Assembly: GCA_963765675.1 (NCBI GenBank)
Contig: CAVXXK010000001.1
Location: 544,001 to 608,000, forward strand
Direction: 5' to 3'
Length of the DNA stretch: 64,000 bases
DNA from: an uncultured delta proteobacterium
Lineage (GTDB): Bacteria > Desulfobacterota > Binatia > Binatales > Binataceae
Numbering within the stretch: the first letter of the stretch is position 1; the number at the start of each line of letters is the position of its first letter. Positions 42,027 to 53,378 of this stretch are shown here, one piece after another. The position numbers were made by a program, and so were the translations under genes. The notes under the pieces were generated by a model. The model did not search any database. It was given only the letters and a program-made list of their open reading frames with translations, and was not told the origin of the DNA.

Positions 42027-42878
42027 ATGAAGACCGATGATCCATCCAGCCCGGCGAGCCATCGCGAGGACCCGCCCGCCGCTCCGTTGACGCTCGAAGG
42101 TTTCAGCATCCTTCATCAGATGTTCAGGATCCGGCGCGCGCCGTGGCGAGCGCTCGCCGCGTCAGAGCGCGCCAGTATCGCGCACGAAGCATCGGCCGCG
42201 CTGCGCCAGATGGGCGAGCGCGAGGATGGCGAGTCGGCCTCGTTCGCGGGCCTGGGGCACAAAGGCGATCTGCTCCTGGTGCATTTCCGCCGCCGCTTTG
42301 ATGAGCTCGTCGAAGCGCAAACCGCTATCGGCAAACTCAGGCTCAGCGATTATCTCGAGCCGACGACCTCGTACGTATCGATGATCGAAATCGGGCTCTA
42401 CGAAGCGACGGTCGCGCTGCACGCTCGGCTGGCGGCGCAAAATATCCGTCCCCGAACACCCGAGTGGTACCGCGAGGTCGAAGCGGAAATCGCCGCGCAG
42501 CGGCAGAAAATCACGCCACGCCTGTTTCCCAAAATTCCACCGCGCCGCTATCTGTGTTTTTATCCGATGGACAAAAAGCGCGAGGGTGCCGACAACTGGT
42601 ATCGGCTCGCGATGGAGGATCGGCGCCGCCTCATGCACGAGCACGGACTGGTCGGGCGGCGGTTCGCGGGCGAGGTCACGCAGATAATCTCGGGATCGAT
42701 CGGTTTCGATGATTGGGAATGGGGTGTCGATTTGTTCGCCGACGACCCGCTGGTCTTCAAGAAGCTGGTGTACGAGATGCGCTTCGACGAAGCGAGCGCG
42801 GCGTACGCGAAGTTCGGTCCGTTCTATGTCGGCGTCAGGATCACGCCCGAGGAAATCGGAAAAATTCTAGCGGCCTGA
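42027..42878 (+). CDS. hemQ: coproheme decarboxylase (HemQ/ChdC, chlorite dismutase superfamily)
   Basis: YPMDKKR, EHG..GR, GSIGFDDWEWGV.LFADD, YEMRFDEASA. Confidence 0.85.
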   Translation: MKTDDPSSPASHREDPPAAPLTLEGFSILHQMFRIRRAPWRALAASERASIAHEASAALRQMGEREDGESASFAGLGHKGDLLLVHFRRRFDELVEAQTAIGKLRLSDYLEPTTSYVSMIEIGLYEATVALHARLAAQNIRPRTPEWYREVEAEIAAQRQKITPRLFPKIPPRRYLCFYPMDKKREGADNWYRLAMEDRRRLMHEHGLVGRRFAGEVTQIISGSIGFDDWEWGVDLFADDPLVFKKLVYEMRFDEASAAYAKFGPFYVGVRITPEEIGKILAA

Positions 42879-42980
42879 AGAGAGTCCTCGTCCTAGCGCC
42901 GCCTGCGCGGAGATTTTCGCTCGAATCGCTCGTCGTAGTGGCGACTCGCGAGCCGCCTGCCTTCCCTTGCTCGAGTGGCG

Positions 42981-43337
42981 GAGCAGCACTCTCACCCACG
43001 CGTCACGATGCCTGCGAAAAAACGCAAGCCTCGCGCCGCGCCGCCCTCTCCCGGAGAAGAGCTTTGCGTAACCAATCGGACGGGTGCGCCGGTGCGCAAG
43101 GGCGAGATTCCTCGCGACCTCTGCCGTGCAACATGAAGCATCCGAAACCATACAGGGTGCCTGATCGCGCTCGGAATGACACAAGGCCAGGAGAAATTGT
43201 CATTCCGAGCGCGCGCAGGCAGTCAGATGGGGGCGTGCGTATCAACTGGCGCGGCAGATCTCGCGAGGAATCTCGCCCTCACAGATCGGCACACTTTTCC
43301 GATTGGTTATGCAAAGCTCTCCGGAGGGAGATGGTAT
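42981..43337 (+). repeat. ~355-bp REP-derived/MITE-like palindromic element, copy A
   Basis: Near-identical inverted copy at 59267-59619; nested inverted repeats spanning 43046-43330. Confidence 0.9.
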
Positions 43338-43405
43338 TTCATAGCTAACGACTCGCTCGATCCGGAGGCGCGTTTGCGATGCGTCCGAGTCCCGCGCGTC
43401 GGAAA

Positions 43406-43711
43406 TCATTTGCGCAGCTTGCCGAGGACGCGATTCACCAGTCCCGCCGCTGGCGGTTTGCTTTCTGGAGCCGGGAGTCGGTGTCCGTCGCGAAGCGCCT
43501 CGAAGGTTTCCTCGACTTCGTCGTCAAGCGGGAAGCGGCCGCTCTGCGCCTTCGAGAAGATCAGGCGTCCGTTGACGATAACGTCGAACTGACCCGATTT
43601 GCCCGCTTTGATTGCGGTCTCTTCGCCGAATCGATCGGTGAGCGAGGCGGCCAGACTGGCCGCGCGCGGTTTATAGCCTCAAGCCGAGCAGTAAAGGATT
43701 TGGGTTGCCAT
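43406..43711 (-). CDS. SelT/SelW/SelH (Rdx) family selenoprotein, 101 aa, in-frame UGA (Sec) at codon 11
   Basis: MATQILYCSA(U)GYKPRAASLA..GKSGQFDVIVNGRLIFSK...GRFP; CxxU motif; SECIS-like hairpin 15 nt after the UGA. Confidence 0.9.
43647..43663 (-). promoter_or_regulatory. bacterial SECIS-like stem-loop
   Basis: GCGGCCAGUCUGGCCGC, 15 nt 3' of the UGA at 43681-43679, with GU in the apical loop. Confidence 0.75.
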
Positions 43712-43754
43712 GGCTTAAGCGTAAGCCCGGCGACGCGCCAATTCAATTCGCCAG

Positions 43755-44318
43755 CTATTTGCCGTTAGGCAGATCGACAAACACGGCGGCGGCCACGACC
43801 GACGACCACAGCCCGTCGCGGTCGCCAATCGCCGATTGGGTGACGTTGCGCGTCGTCACGATTTTGTCGGACACGCGCCATACGTCCTTGCGTTCGTCGT
43901 AGCTTGCGTTGGGATCAAAATCGACGCCCAGGATCGTCGCTAGCATCTGCGCCGCGAGATCTTCGGCATAGTCGCCTGCCTTCTGATCGGTCTCGCCGAA
44001 GCTGTGATGCTCCGAGAGATAGCCGTACTGGTCGGGGTTGGCGGGAACCGCAACGCCGACCGAGGCCGCGATCAGGCGATGCGGCTCGTTGGTCGCATTC
44101 TCGCTCATCACCGCAAACACGATTTGGCCGGAGCTCAAATACTTGAGCCCTTCCTGCTGGCTGAGCATCTTGCAACGCGGCGGGAAGATCGACTTGACCC
44201 GCACCAGGTTGAATTCGGCGATACCGGCAGAACGCAGGGACATTTCAAACGAGGTCAGCTTCTCGCGATGCTTGCCCACGCCCTTGGTCAAAAACACGCC
44301 CTTTGGAAGCGGCCCCAT
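43755..44318 (-). CDS. pdaD: pyruvoyl-dependent arginine decarboxylase
   Basis: SFEMSLRSAGIAEFNLVRVKSIFPP, IAASVGVA, YGYLSEHH, AEDLAAQML. Confidence 0.85.
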   Translation of the reverse strand: MGPLPKGVFLTKGVGKHREKLTSFEMSLRSAGIAEFNLVRVKSIFPPRCKMLSQQEGLKYLSSGQIVFAVMSENATNEPHRLIAASVGVAVPANPDQYGYLSEHHSFGETDQKAGDYAEDLAAQMLATILGVDFDPNASYDERKDVWRVSDKIVTTRNVTQSAIGDRDGLWSSVVAAAVFVDLPNGK

Positions 44319-44463
44319 CGGTTCTGATTCTCCACAAGACCGCGGTCGCCCCGCGGCGTATTGGTTTAACGATCTCGTGCGGCGCGCGCCGGTATTACAG
44401 GAAGACGCGCCGCACGTACGAAAATCGCAATCGTTTTATACAATCGCGCCCCTGCGCGCTACC

Positions 44464-46140
<1,677 letters not shown>

Positions 46141-46155
46141 TGTCGGTAAACCGGG

Positions 46156-46656
46156 CTACTCGATCACCACGAGCAGCTCGCCCTTTTCCACGGTCTGGCC
46201 CGCCACCACCTTTACCTCGGTCACCTTTCCGGCCTTCGGGCTCTTGAGTTCGTTTTCCATCTTCATCGCTTCGACGGTCACGACGCCCTGCCCCGACTGG
46301 ACCTCCTCACCGGACGCAACCAGTACTGCGACCACGCGTCCCGGCATCCCAGCCTTGATCTCGATCCTGCCGCTGACTTCGCGTTTGTTCGCCGCACGAG
46401 ATGCGCGACGCGCCGCATCGACCAGCATGAGGCGCGTCGAGCCGGTGCGCGACGCGACCACGATCGCGTCGCCATCGCGCGCGACATCAATATCGAACGA
46501 ACGCCCGTCGATCAGGATCGAAAACGAATCTGGTCCGACTTTGCGCACGTCGGCGTCGAAGCGATGCCCGCCTAAGGTAATGGCGAAACTTTCGGCCGAG
46601 ATCTCCTCGAGCTCGATTTCGTGTTCCGCGTCATCAAGAGTCGCGACGTAGCGCAT
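46156..46656 (-). CDS. biotin carboxyl carrier subunit of acyl-CoA carboxylase
   Basis: EAMKM biotinylation motif; start at MRYVATL after AAAGGA (ATG 46662 is an alternative). Confidence 0.9.
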   Translation of the reverse strand: MRYVATLDDAEHEIELEEISAESFAITLGGHRFDADVRKVGPDSFSILIDGRSFDIDVARDGDAIVVASRTGSTRLMLVDAARRASRAANKREVSGRIEIKAGMPGRVVAVLVASGEEVQSGQGVVTVEAMKMENELKSPKAGKVTEVKVVAGQTVEKGELLVVIE

Positions 46657-46673
46657 CAGCATCGATCCTTTCT

Positions 46674-48188
46674 CTATCTCCGAAGCGAGTCGAAGCGCGC
46701 AAGGCTGCGCCACGCCGAGCCCGCCGGTTGCGCGACGCGAGCCGGGACCTGGCCGTTGTTGTGATTCGCGCTCCGCTGGGCCGCGATCGCCGCCAGAAGC
46801 AGCGCGGCGGTTCGCGCGTGATCGTCGCCTTTCGTTGCAGCGCCCGGATGATACTCCTGCGCAATAAAATTGGTGTCGAAATCGCCGGCAATAAACCGCG
46901 GATGCGTCATGATCCAGCGGTGGAACGACAAATTCGTCGTGAGCTCGCCCGAGATCACGAACTCGCTGAGCGCGCGGCGCATCCGATCGATCGCCTCCGC
47001 GCGATTTGCGCCGTGCGCCGCCAATTTCGAGATCATCGGATCGTAAAACATCGGCACTTCCGCGCCCGCGTAGACGCCGGCGTCGTTGCGGATTCCCGGA
47101 CCTTCGGGAAACCGCAACGTCTGGATTTTCCCCGGCGCAGGAACGAAACCCGCCTCGGGATCCTCGGCGTAGATGCGGCATTCGATCGCCCATCCGCGCT
47201 GCGCGAGGTCTTTCTGCTTGAATGGCAGCGGCTTGCCCGCCGCGATTTCGATCTGCGTGCGCACGAGATCAACTCCCGTCACCAGCTCGGTGATTGCGTG
47301 CTCGACCTGGATGCGCGTGTTCATCTCGAGGAAATAAAAGTTGCGACCCGCGTCGGCCAGAAACTCGATCGTCCCAGCGCTGTAGTATCCGACCGCTTTC
47401 GCCGCCTGCACCGCGACCGCGCCCATCTTCTGGCGCATCTCGGGAGTCACGAACGGCGACGGCGACTCCTCGACCACCTTCTGATTGCGGCGCTGGATCG
47501 AACATTCGCGCTCGAATACGTGGACCGTGTTGCCCTGCTTGTCGGCCAACACCTGGATTTCGATATGCCGCGGGCGTCGCACAAATTTTTCGACGTAGAA
47601 ACGTCCGTCGCCGAATGACGACTTCGCCTCGCTCGACACGGTGCGGACGATCGACGCGAGGTCCTTGTCGCTCTCGACCATCCGCATGCCCTTGCCGCCG
47701 CCGCCGGCCGCCGCCTTGATCATGATCGGAAATCCGATCTTGTTCGCGATCTCGCGAACCTGCGCTTCCGTCTCGAGTGTGCCCGGAGATCCCGGCACGA
47801 CAGGGACTCCCGCCGCCGACATCAGCTTGCGCGCCTCGACCTTGTCGCCCATGCGCTCGATCGCCTCCGGCGGAGGACCAATCCAGACCAGTCCTGCTTT
47901 CTCGACCGCGCGCGCGAAGCCCGCGTTCTCCGAAAAGAATCCGTAGCCCGGATGCACCGCGTCGGCGCCGGTTTTCTTCGCGGCCTCGAGGATACGATCG
48001 ATCTTCAGATAGCTTTCCGTCGCCGGAGCCGCGCCCACCGCTGCCGCGTAGTCAGCCTCGCGCACGTGCAGCGCGCCGCGGTCGGCGTCGGAATAGACCG
48101 CGACCGATTCGAGCCCCAATTCGCGGCAGGCGCGAATAACCCGCACCGCGATTTCGCCGCGATTCGCAATCAAGATCCGTTTGAACAT
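46674..48188 (-). CDS. accC: biotin carboxylase subunit (propionyl/acetyl-CoA carboxylase)
   Basis: ANRGEIA, HPGYGF, GGGGKGM, RECSIQRR, EMNTRIQVEH. Confidence 0.93.
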   Translation of the reverse strand: MFKRILIANRGEIAVRVIRACRELGLESVAVYSDADRGALHVREADYAAAVGAAPATESYLKIDRILEAAKKTGADAVHPGYGFFSENAGFARAVEKAGLVWIGPPPEAIERMGDKVEARKLMSAAGVPVVPGSPGTLETEAQVREIANKIGFPIMIKAAAGGGGKGMRMVESDKDLASIVRTVSSEAKSSFGDGRFYVEKFVRRPRHIEIQVLADKQGNTVHVFERECSIQRRNQKVVEESPSPFVTPEMRQKMGAVAVQAAKAVGYYSAGTIEFLADAGRNFYFLEMNTRIQVEHAITELVTGVDLVRTQIEIAAGKPLPFKQKDLAQRGWAIECRIYAEDPEAGFVPAPGKIQTLRFPEGPGIRNDAGVYAGAEVPMFYDPMISKLAAHGANRAEAIDRMRRALSEFVISGELTTNLSFHRWIMTHPRFIAGDFDTNFIAQEYHPGAATKGDDHARTAALLLAAIAAQRSANHNNGQVPARVAQPAGSAWRSLARFDSLRR

Positions 48189-48298
48189 CAGTGTCCCAGC
48201 AGTTCCGGTTCCCGAACCGGAGCATTGCTTATCAATTCGTTTATACTCAATTGAGCTCGGGCGGGCGACTCATCAGATGAAACAGTGCCGCGGTCCCG

Positions 48299-49834
48299 TT
48301 ACAGTGGGATATTCCCATGCTTGCGTGGCGGATTCTTGTCGCGTTTGTTTTCGAGCGCGCGCAGCGCCGTGATCAGCCGCGGCCGCGTATCGCGCGGCAT
48401 CAGGACTTCGTCGACGTAGCCTAGCTCGGCCGCCTTGAACGGATTGGCGAACCGCGCGCGATAATCATCGACCAGCGTCGCTCGCTCCGCCGCCGTCATC
48501 TCATTGCGGAAGATAATATTGATCGCCTGCTCCGGACCCATCACCGCGATCTCGGCGGTCGGATAGGCGAAGTTGAAATCGCCGCGTATATGCTTCGAGG
48601 ACATCACGTCGTACGCGCCGCCGTAAGCTTTGCGCGTGATCACCGTGACCTTGGGCACCGTCGCCTCGCAATAGGCATAGAGCAACTTGGCGCCGTGGCG
48701 GATGATCCCGCTGAACTCCTGCGCGGTGCCCGGTAGGAACCCAGGCACATCGACGAACGTCACCAACGGAATATTGAACGCGTCGCAGAAGCGGACGAAA
48801 CGCGCGGCCTTCACCGACGCGTCGATATCCAGGCATCCCGCGAGGAACGCCGGCTGATTGGCGACGACGCCGACCGAGTATCCGCCGAGTCGCGCAAAGC
48901 CGACGAGCATGTTGCGCGCGTAATCTTTCTGGATTTCGAGATAGTGCCCGCCATCGACCACGCGCCGGATAATGTCGCCCATGTCGTACGACTTGCTGGG
49001 ATTATCCGGCACGATCGTGTCGAGCGACGCATCGGTGCGATTTGGATCGTCGCTGGTCGGCACGAACGGCGGATCTTCGACGTTGTTCGACGGCATGTAG
49101 GACAGCAGCTCGCGCAGCGCGGCCAGCGCGCTCTCGTCGTCGAGCGCTTCGAGGTGGCAGACGCCGGATTTCTGCGAATGCGTGTCGGCGCCGCCCAGCT
49201 CCTGCATCGTGACTTCCTCGTGGGTCGTCGCGCGAATCACGTCCGGCCCGGTGATGAACATGTACGAGGTGTCGCGCACCATCACGATAAAATCCGTCAT
49301 CGCGGGCGAGTACACCGCGCCGCCCGCGCACGGTCCCATGATCGCCGAAAGCTGCGGCACTACGCCCGACGCCATCACGTTGCGCAAAAAGATATCCGCG
49401 TAGCCTGCCAGCGAGACCACTCCCTCCTGGATCCGCGCTCCGCTGCCGTCATTGATGCCGATAACCGGGCATCCGGTCTTGGCCGCGAGGTCCATCACCT
49501 TGCAGACTTTTTCCGCGAACGCGCCCGACAGGCTGCCGCCGAAGACCGTGAAGTCGTGCGAGAAGACGCAGACCTGCCGCCCGTCGATCGTGCCGTAGCC
49601 GGTGATTACGCCATCGCCTGGAATCTTCTTCGAATCCATGTCGAAGTCGGTGATGCGATGAGTTTTGAACTTGTCGAGTTCCACGAACGAGCCGCGGTCG
49701 AGCAGGAACTCGACCCGTTCGCGCGCGGTCATGCGCCCGTTCTGGCGCTGCCTCTTGAGCCGCTCCTCGCCGCCGCCGCTTTCGGCCTGGCGCGAGAGTT
49801 GATTCATACGCTCGATGTTTTCTTTAAGCCCCAT
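48299..49834 (-). CDS. pccB: propionyl-CoA carboxylase carboxyltransferase (beta) subunit
   Basis: [32 protein letters not shown], terminal KHGNIPL. Confidence 0.92.
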   Translation of the reverse strand: MGLKENIERMNQLSRQAESGGGEERLKRQRQNGRMTARERVEFLLDRGSFVELDKFKTHRITDFDMDSKKIPGDGVITGYGTIDGRQVCVFSHDFTVFGGSLSGAFAEKVCKVMDLAAKTGCPVIGINDGSGARIQEGVVSLAGYADIFLRNVMASGVVPQLSAIMGPCAGGAVYSPAMTDFIVMVRDTSYMFITGPDVIRATTHEEVTMQELGGADTHSQKSGVCHLEALDDESALAALRELLSYMPSNNVEDPPFVPTSDDPNRTDASLDTIVPDNPSKSYDMGDIIRRVVDGGHYLEIQKDYARNMLVGFARLGGYSVGVVANQPAFLAGCLDIDASVKAARFVRFCDAFNIPLVTFVDVPGFLPGTAQEFSGIIRHGAKLLYAYCEATVPKVTVITRKAYGGAYDVMSSKHIRGDFNFAYPTAEIAVMGPEQAINIIFRNEMTAAERATLVDDYRARFANPFKAAELGYVDEVLMPRDTRPRLITALRALENKRDKNPPRKHGNIPL

Positions 49835-49996
49835 GCCAACAGCTATCCAATCTGACGTTCGGGTGATCGAGAAATGATACGGCAGGAATGCGGAACAGCG
49901 CAATGCAATCCCATCGGCCAGAATAGATACCCCATGTTCAATTGCGGTTAAAGCCTCCGATCCTGCATCGCGGCAAATGCCATCAGGAGAAAATAC

Positions 49997-50030
49997 AGAG
50001 GCCGAACGGCTATGGCTCCGTTCGGCCTCT
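49997..50030 (-). terminator. intrinsic terminator after the NHL-repeat gene
   Basis: 13-bp perfect stem AGAGGCCGAACGG/CCGTTCGGCCTCT followed by GTATTTT on the minus strand. Confidence 0.7.
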
Positions 50031-50056
50031 CGATCAAAACCCGTGCGGCGATTGAA

Positions 50057-51130
50057 TTACTTAAGCACGGGACCAAAGGTAAGCATGAATGGCCCATCCA
50101 GGTTGGTCGCCGCCGCGGTGGAATCGAGAAACACCGACGGCTGCGGGCTGCCGCTCGCTCCAATCTGGTCGGTCGAAAAATTGGAAATGCTTCCGGCCTG
50201 ATCGCTGTCAACGTTAGCAACCCACAGATTGCCGTTTTTGTCGAAGGTGATACCGGCTGGATCGTCGAAACTGTTCGCGGTCGTACCGGTCACCGTCGTC
50301 GCGGTAAGCATCACCGCCGGGGTCGGACTCCCGGTCGCGGTCAATTGGTCCGCGGTAAACTTCACGACGCTCCCCAGTCCCTGCGTCGGATCGCTATTGT
50401 TGGCCACCCATAGGCTGCCGTCGGCATCGAACGTAACGGGTTCCGGCGAGTCGAGGCTGCCGCTTCCGTCGTCGGTGAGAATCACAGACGCCGACTGCGT
50501 TCCACCGGCAGAAAGTTGCGCGGCGGTGAACATCACCACATCATCAAGGGAATCGTCACCCACCCAGATGTCTCCGGCATCGTCGAAGACAATCCCGACC
50601 GGAGAATCCAAATCTGCCGACGATAAGACGATATTCGGAGTTGGCGATCCGCTACTTTCGAGTTGCGACGGCGTGAACTCCAGCAGTTCTCCGGCCCCTT
50701 CGTTGGCCACCCACAAGTTGCCCGACACGTCGAACGCCATTCCTTCGGGACGGTCCAGCCCCGAGATAACCACCGCCGCGGCCGGATCGTCGTTCTTCTT
50801 GAGCCTCTTGAGCTGGGCAAACGTAAACCAGGTCAGAGTTCCGTTGCCCACGTTGCTGACCCACAGGTTTTTCCCGGAATCGAAAATGATTCCCCAAGGT
50901 TCGTTCAGATCGGTGCTTGCATTGACCAGAGTTGCGTCCGGGCTCCCGCTTTTCTTAAGCTTCTTTTTGGCGAATTCCGAAACGAAATTTCCAGTTCTGT
51001 TGGCCACCCACAGTGCCTCGCCGCTCGATGTCACGGGGCTCGAATGCGACGAAGAGCCTCCGCATCCCGCCAGCACCGCTGACATCATCAACGCCGCCAC
51101 TGCGCCCACCGCATACGAAGCGATAGTCAC
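50057..51130 (-). CDS. NHL-repeat (beta-propeller) lipoprotein
   Basis: Lipobox VLAGC; about six repeats of P.G..FD..GNLWVAN; start tentatively GTG 51130. Confidence 0.8.
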   Translation of the reverse strand: MTIASYAVGAVAALMMSAVLAGCGGSSSHSSPVTSSGEALWVANRTGNFVSEFAKKKLKKSGSPDATLVNASTDLNEPWGIIFDSGKNLWVSNVGNGTLTWFTFAQLKRLKKNDDPAAAVVISGLDRPEGMAFDVSGNLWVANEGAGELLEFTPSQLESSGSPTPNIVLSSADLDSPVGIVFDDAGDIWVGDDSLDDVVMFTAAQLSAGGTQSASVILTDDGSGSLDSPEPVTFDADGSLWVANNSDPTQGLGSVVKFTADQLTATGSPTPAVMLTATTVTGTTANSFDDPAGITFDKNGNLWVANVDSDQAGSISNFSTDQIGASGSPQPSVFLDSTAAATNLDGPFMLTFGPVLK

Positions 51131-51406
51131 ACCGCCTCTGCCGTTCGATCCAACTTCCCTCACTGTCAATTCCTCCCACGCACGCGATGCCGCGATCAGC
51201 CCATGCACCGGCTGATGCGCAGCGAGTGAATTCTGAAGGCCGACGCGGTTCCACTCAGATCGTGCAGGCTCTGCTTTGAGTGACCGCGTCCAGGCCCTGC
51301 CCAAAACCGACACTAGAGTAGTGAATCTGGCCTCGATGTATCAATACGCCCGAGTAGCGTCCCGAGGCGCGTCCAATGATCAATCGTAACAATTTTACAA
51401 CAAGAT

Positions 51407-51877
51407 CTACTCGCTGGCCTGCGGGGTGAAGCCACTGAAGACGAGCTTGTCGCCCGCGGCTATATGATGGCGCGCGGCGAATCCGCCATTCACCTCGAGC
51501 ACGTAGCTCGAGTCCGCGTCGACGCCCCGCGGTGTCAGCGTATACGGCGCCGCGTTGGCCACGACTCCGACGATCTTGCCCTCTGCATCGGCGAAGATCA
51601 TGTCGAGCGGAATCTCGGTGTTCTTCATCCAGAAACTGAGCCGCGCCGGATCTCGAAAGACGAAGATCATTCCCGCGTCTTCGCCGAGATGACTTCGATA
51701 CATCAGTCCGGTCTCGCGTTCCGACGCCGTATCCGCGATCTCGACCCGCACCTGCGCCAATTCCTTTCCGTCCGGCGCGACGATCGAAACGCACGGTCCG
51801 CGCGCGCACGCGATCAGCAGCAGCGCAAATATCGCGGCGAATGCCTGCCAGCGGAGCACAAAGGTTGGCCTGCGCAT
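51407..51877 (-). CDS. DUF192 domain protein
   Basis: VEIADT..ERETGLMYR, GMIFVF, FWMKNTEIPLDMIF, YVLEVNGG. Confidence 0.88.
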   Translation of the reverse strand: MRRPTFVLRWQAFAAIFALLLIACARGPCVSIVAPDGKELAQVRVEIADTASERETGLMYRSHLGEDAGMIFVFRDPARLSFWMKNTEIPLDMIFADAEGKIVGVVANAAPYTLTPRGVDADSSYVLEVNGGFAARHHIAAGDKLVFSGFTPQASE

Positions 51878-51887
51878 CGGGATCAGA

Positions 51888-53225
51888 TCATTCGGGGTAA
51901 GCGTGTGCTGCGTCACCTTTCTCGGGAGAAATTTCCTCGAGCTCCTGGCCGGCGGTCTCCGGATAGCCAAAATACATGATGAACGGCGCCATCATCCAGA
52001 ACACCGTCAGGTAACTGATCGCGGTCCAGTGCGAATGGAAATATGAAAACAGCACTCCTTCGAGCAGCAGCCCGATTGCGCCGCCCGTGGTTCCCGCGAC
52101 GCTCAGCGCGCTGCCCGCGGTCGATCGATGCGAGGTCGGGAACAGCTCCGCGCTGTAGGCCGCGACGATCGTGCCGGAGGCCGAGTCGAGGAACAGCTCG
52201 AGAATCCATGCCGGAATAATTATCGCGCCCGAGGAGTTGTAGATCACGATCGTCAGCAGCGGCGCAACGAAATAGCAGATCGAGCCCATCGTGCGCCGCC
52301 CGATTCGATCGCTCAGCCGCCCGACTACGATATGGCCCAGGATTCCGACCGCGCCGCCGGCGATGAACAGTATCGATACGTTGCCCGGCGAGTAGCCGTG
52401 CGCCTCCTGCAGGTACTTGGGAAAGAACATCCCGGAAGCGTTGCCGCCCATGCTGCCCAGAAACGCGACCGACATCAGCAGCACGAGGCGTCCAGGGTAC
52501 GCGCGAAACAGCTCCATCACTGGCACCAGCGGATTCGAAGTGTGTTCCGACGCGCGAGCCTCGTCCTCGTAGCGATGGCTCTCCGGCAGCGAGCGGCGCA
52601 GCGGAATAATGATCACCAGCGGAATCAGCGCGAGCGCATACAGCCCGCGCCATCCGTAGGGAATCACATTGACCAGCGCGAACACTCCCGCCGCAAGGCC
52701 GTAGCCGACCGCGCTGAGCGCGCCCAGCAGCCCTACCGTCCAGCCGCGCACTCCCGCATCGACTTCCTCGACCAGGATCACGAGCGCGACAATTCCCTCG
52801 GCGCCGGCGAACGCGCGCGCGAAGATTTGCAGGATCACGAAACTGCGTTCATTCGGCGCAAGCGCGCTGAGCCCGGTCAGAATCGTGTAGCCGTAAATCG
52901 TATAGAGCAGCAGCCTGCGCCGCCCGAACACGTCCGCCAGCGGAGTGAGGAAAAACGTCAGGAGATAGCCGAACCTGATGAGCGACAGCATCGCGCCGAG
53001 CTGCGCCTCCGCGATCTTTAGCCCTTTCTGGATCTGCTTGAGCGCGAGGCTAAGCAGCGCGCGGTCGTAGTTGTCGAAAAATCCCGCCGTGCACGCGATC
53101 AGGAACACGCGCCATTGGCGTCCGCTGAACGGCGGCGTCCTGCCGAACATTCCCAGATGGAAACTGCGGCGCAGCTCATCGCTTGGGACCGAAGATTCTG
53201 CGACGGTGGGAAGCGGTTCACTCAT
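51888..53225 (-). CDS. MFS transporter
   Basis: LADVFGRRR and LSDRIGRR motif A; ELFPTSHRS; ~12 TM segments. Confidence 0.9.
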   Translation of the reverse strand: MSEPLPTVAESSVPSDELRRSFHLGMFGRTPPFSGRQWRVFLIACTAGFFDNYDRALLSLALKQIQKGLKIAEAQLGAMLSLIRFGYLLTFFLTPLADVFGRRRLLLYTIYGYTILTGLSALAPNERSFVILQIFARAFAGAEGIVALVILVEEVDAGVRGWTVGLLGALSAVGYGLAAGVFALVNVIPYGWRGLYALALIPLVIIIPLRRSLPESHRYEDEARASEHTSNPLVPVMELFRAYPGRLVLLMSVAFLGSMGGNASGMFFPKYLQEAHGYSPGNVSILFIAGGAVGILGHIVVGRLSDRIGRRTMGSICYFVAPLLTIVIYNSSGAIIIPAWILELFLDSASGTIVAAYSAELFPTSHRSTAGSALSVAGTTGGAIGLLLEGVLFSYFHSHWTAISYLTVFWMMAPFIMYFGYPETAGQELEEISPEKGDAAHAYPE

Positions 53226-53378
53226 TGAGAGATTCCAGTATGCGGAGGCCGCCGGAGCGCGCCTGGCGCGGTTTTAGTCGATCGTCATCTTGAGCGAGCC
53301 GGGTCGGCAAAGAAAGCATGACCCTGGTTTGCGGATCTGCCGCCCCGCAGCCATATATGATGGGTTTGTTTTGCCAAG

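Noticed and set aside
42027-42878. Chlorite dismutase (perchlorate respiration)
   Set aside because: YPMDK motif and Gln (TQII) at the distal position fit HemQ/ChdC; no signal peptide
42713-43348. ORFs over the large repeat (42713-43348, 58856-59476 and similar)
   Set aside because: They are translations of a palindromic repeat; frames are not conserved between the two copies and there are no protein motifs
46657-47193. N-terminal extension of the BCCP ORF (also the long starts at 34032, 38394, 61351 and 63672)
   Set aside because: These overlap neighbouring real genes; downstream starts fit the family boundaries
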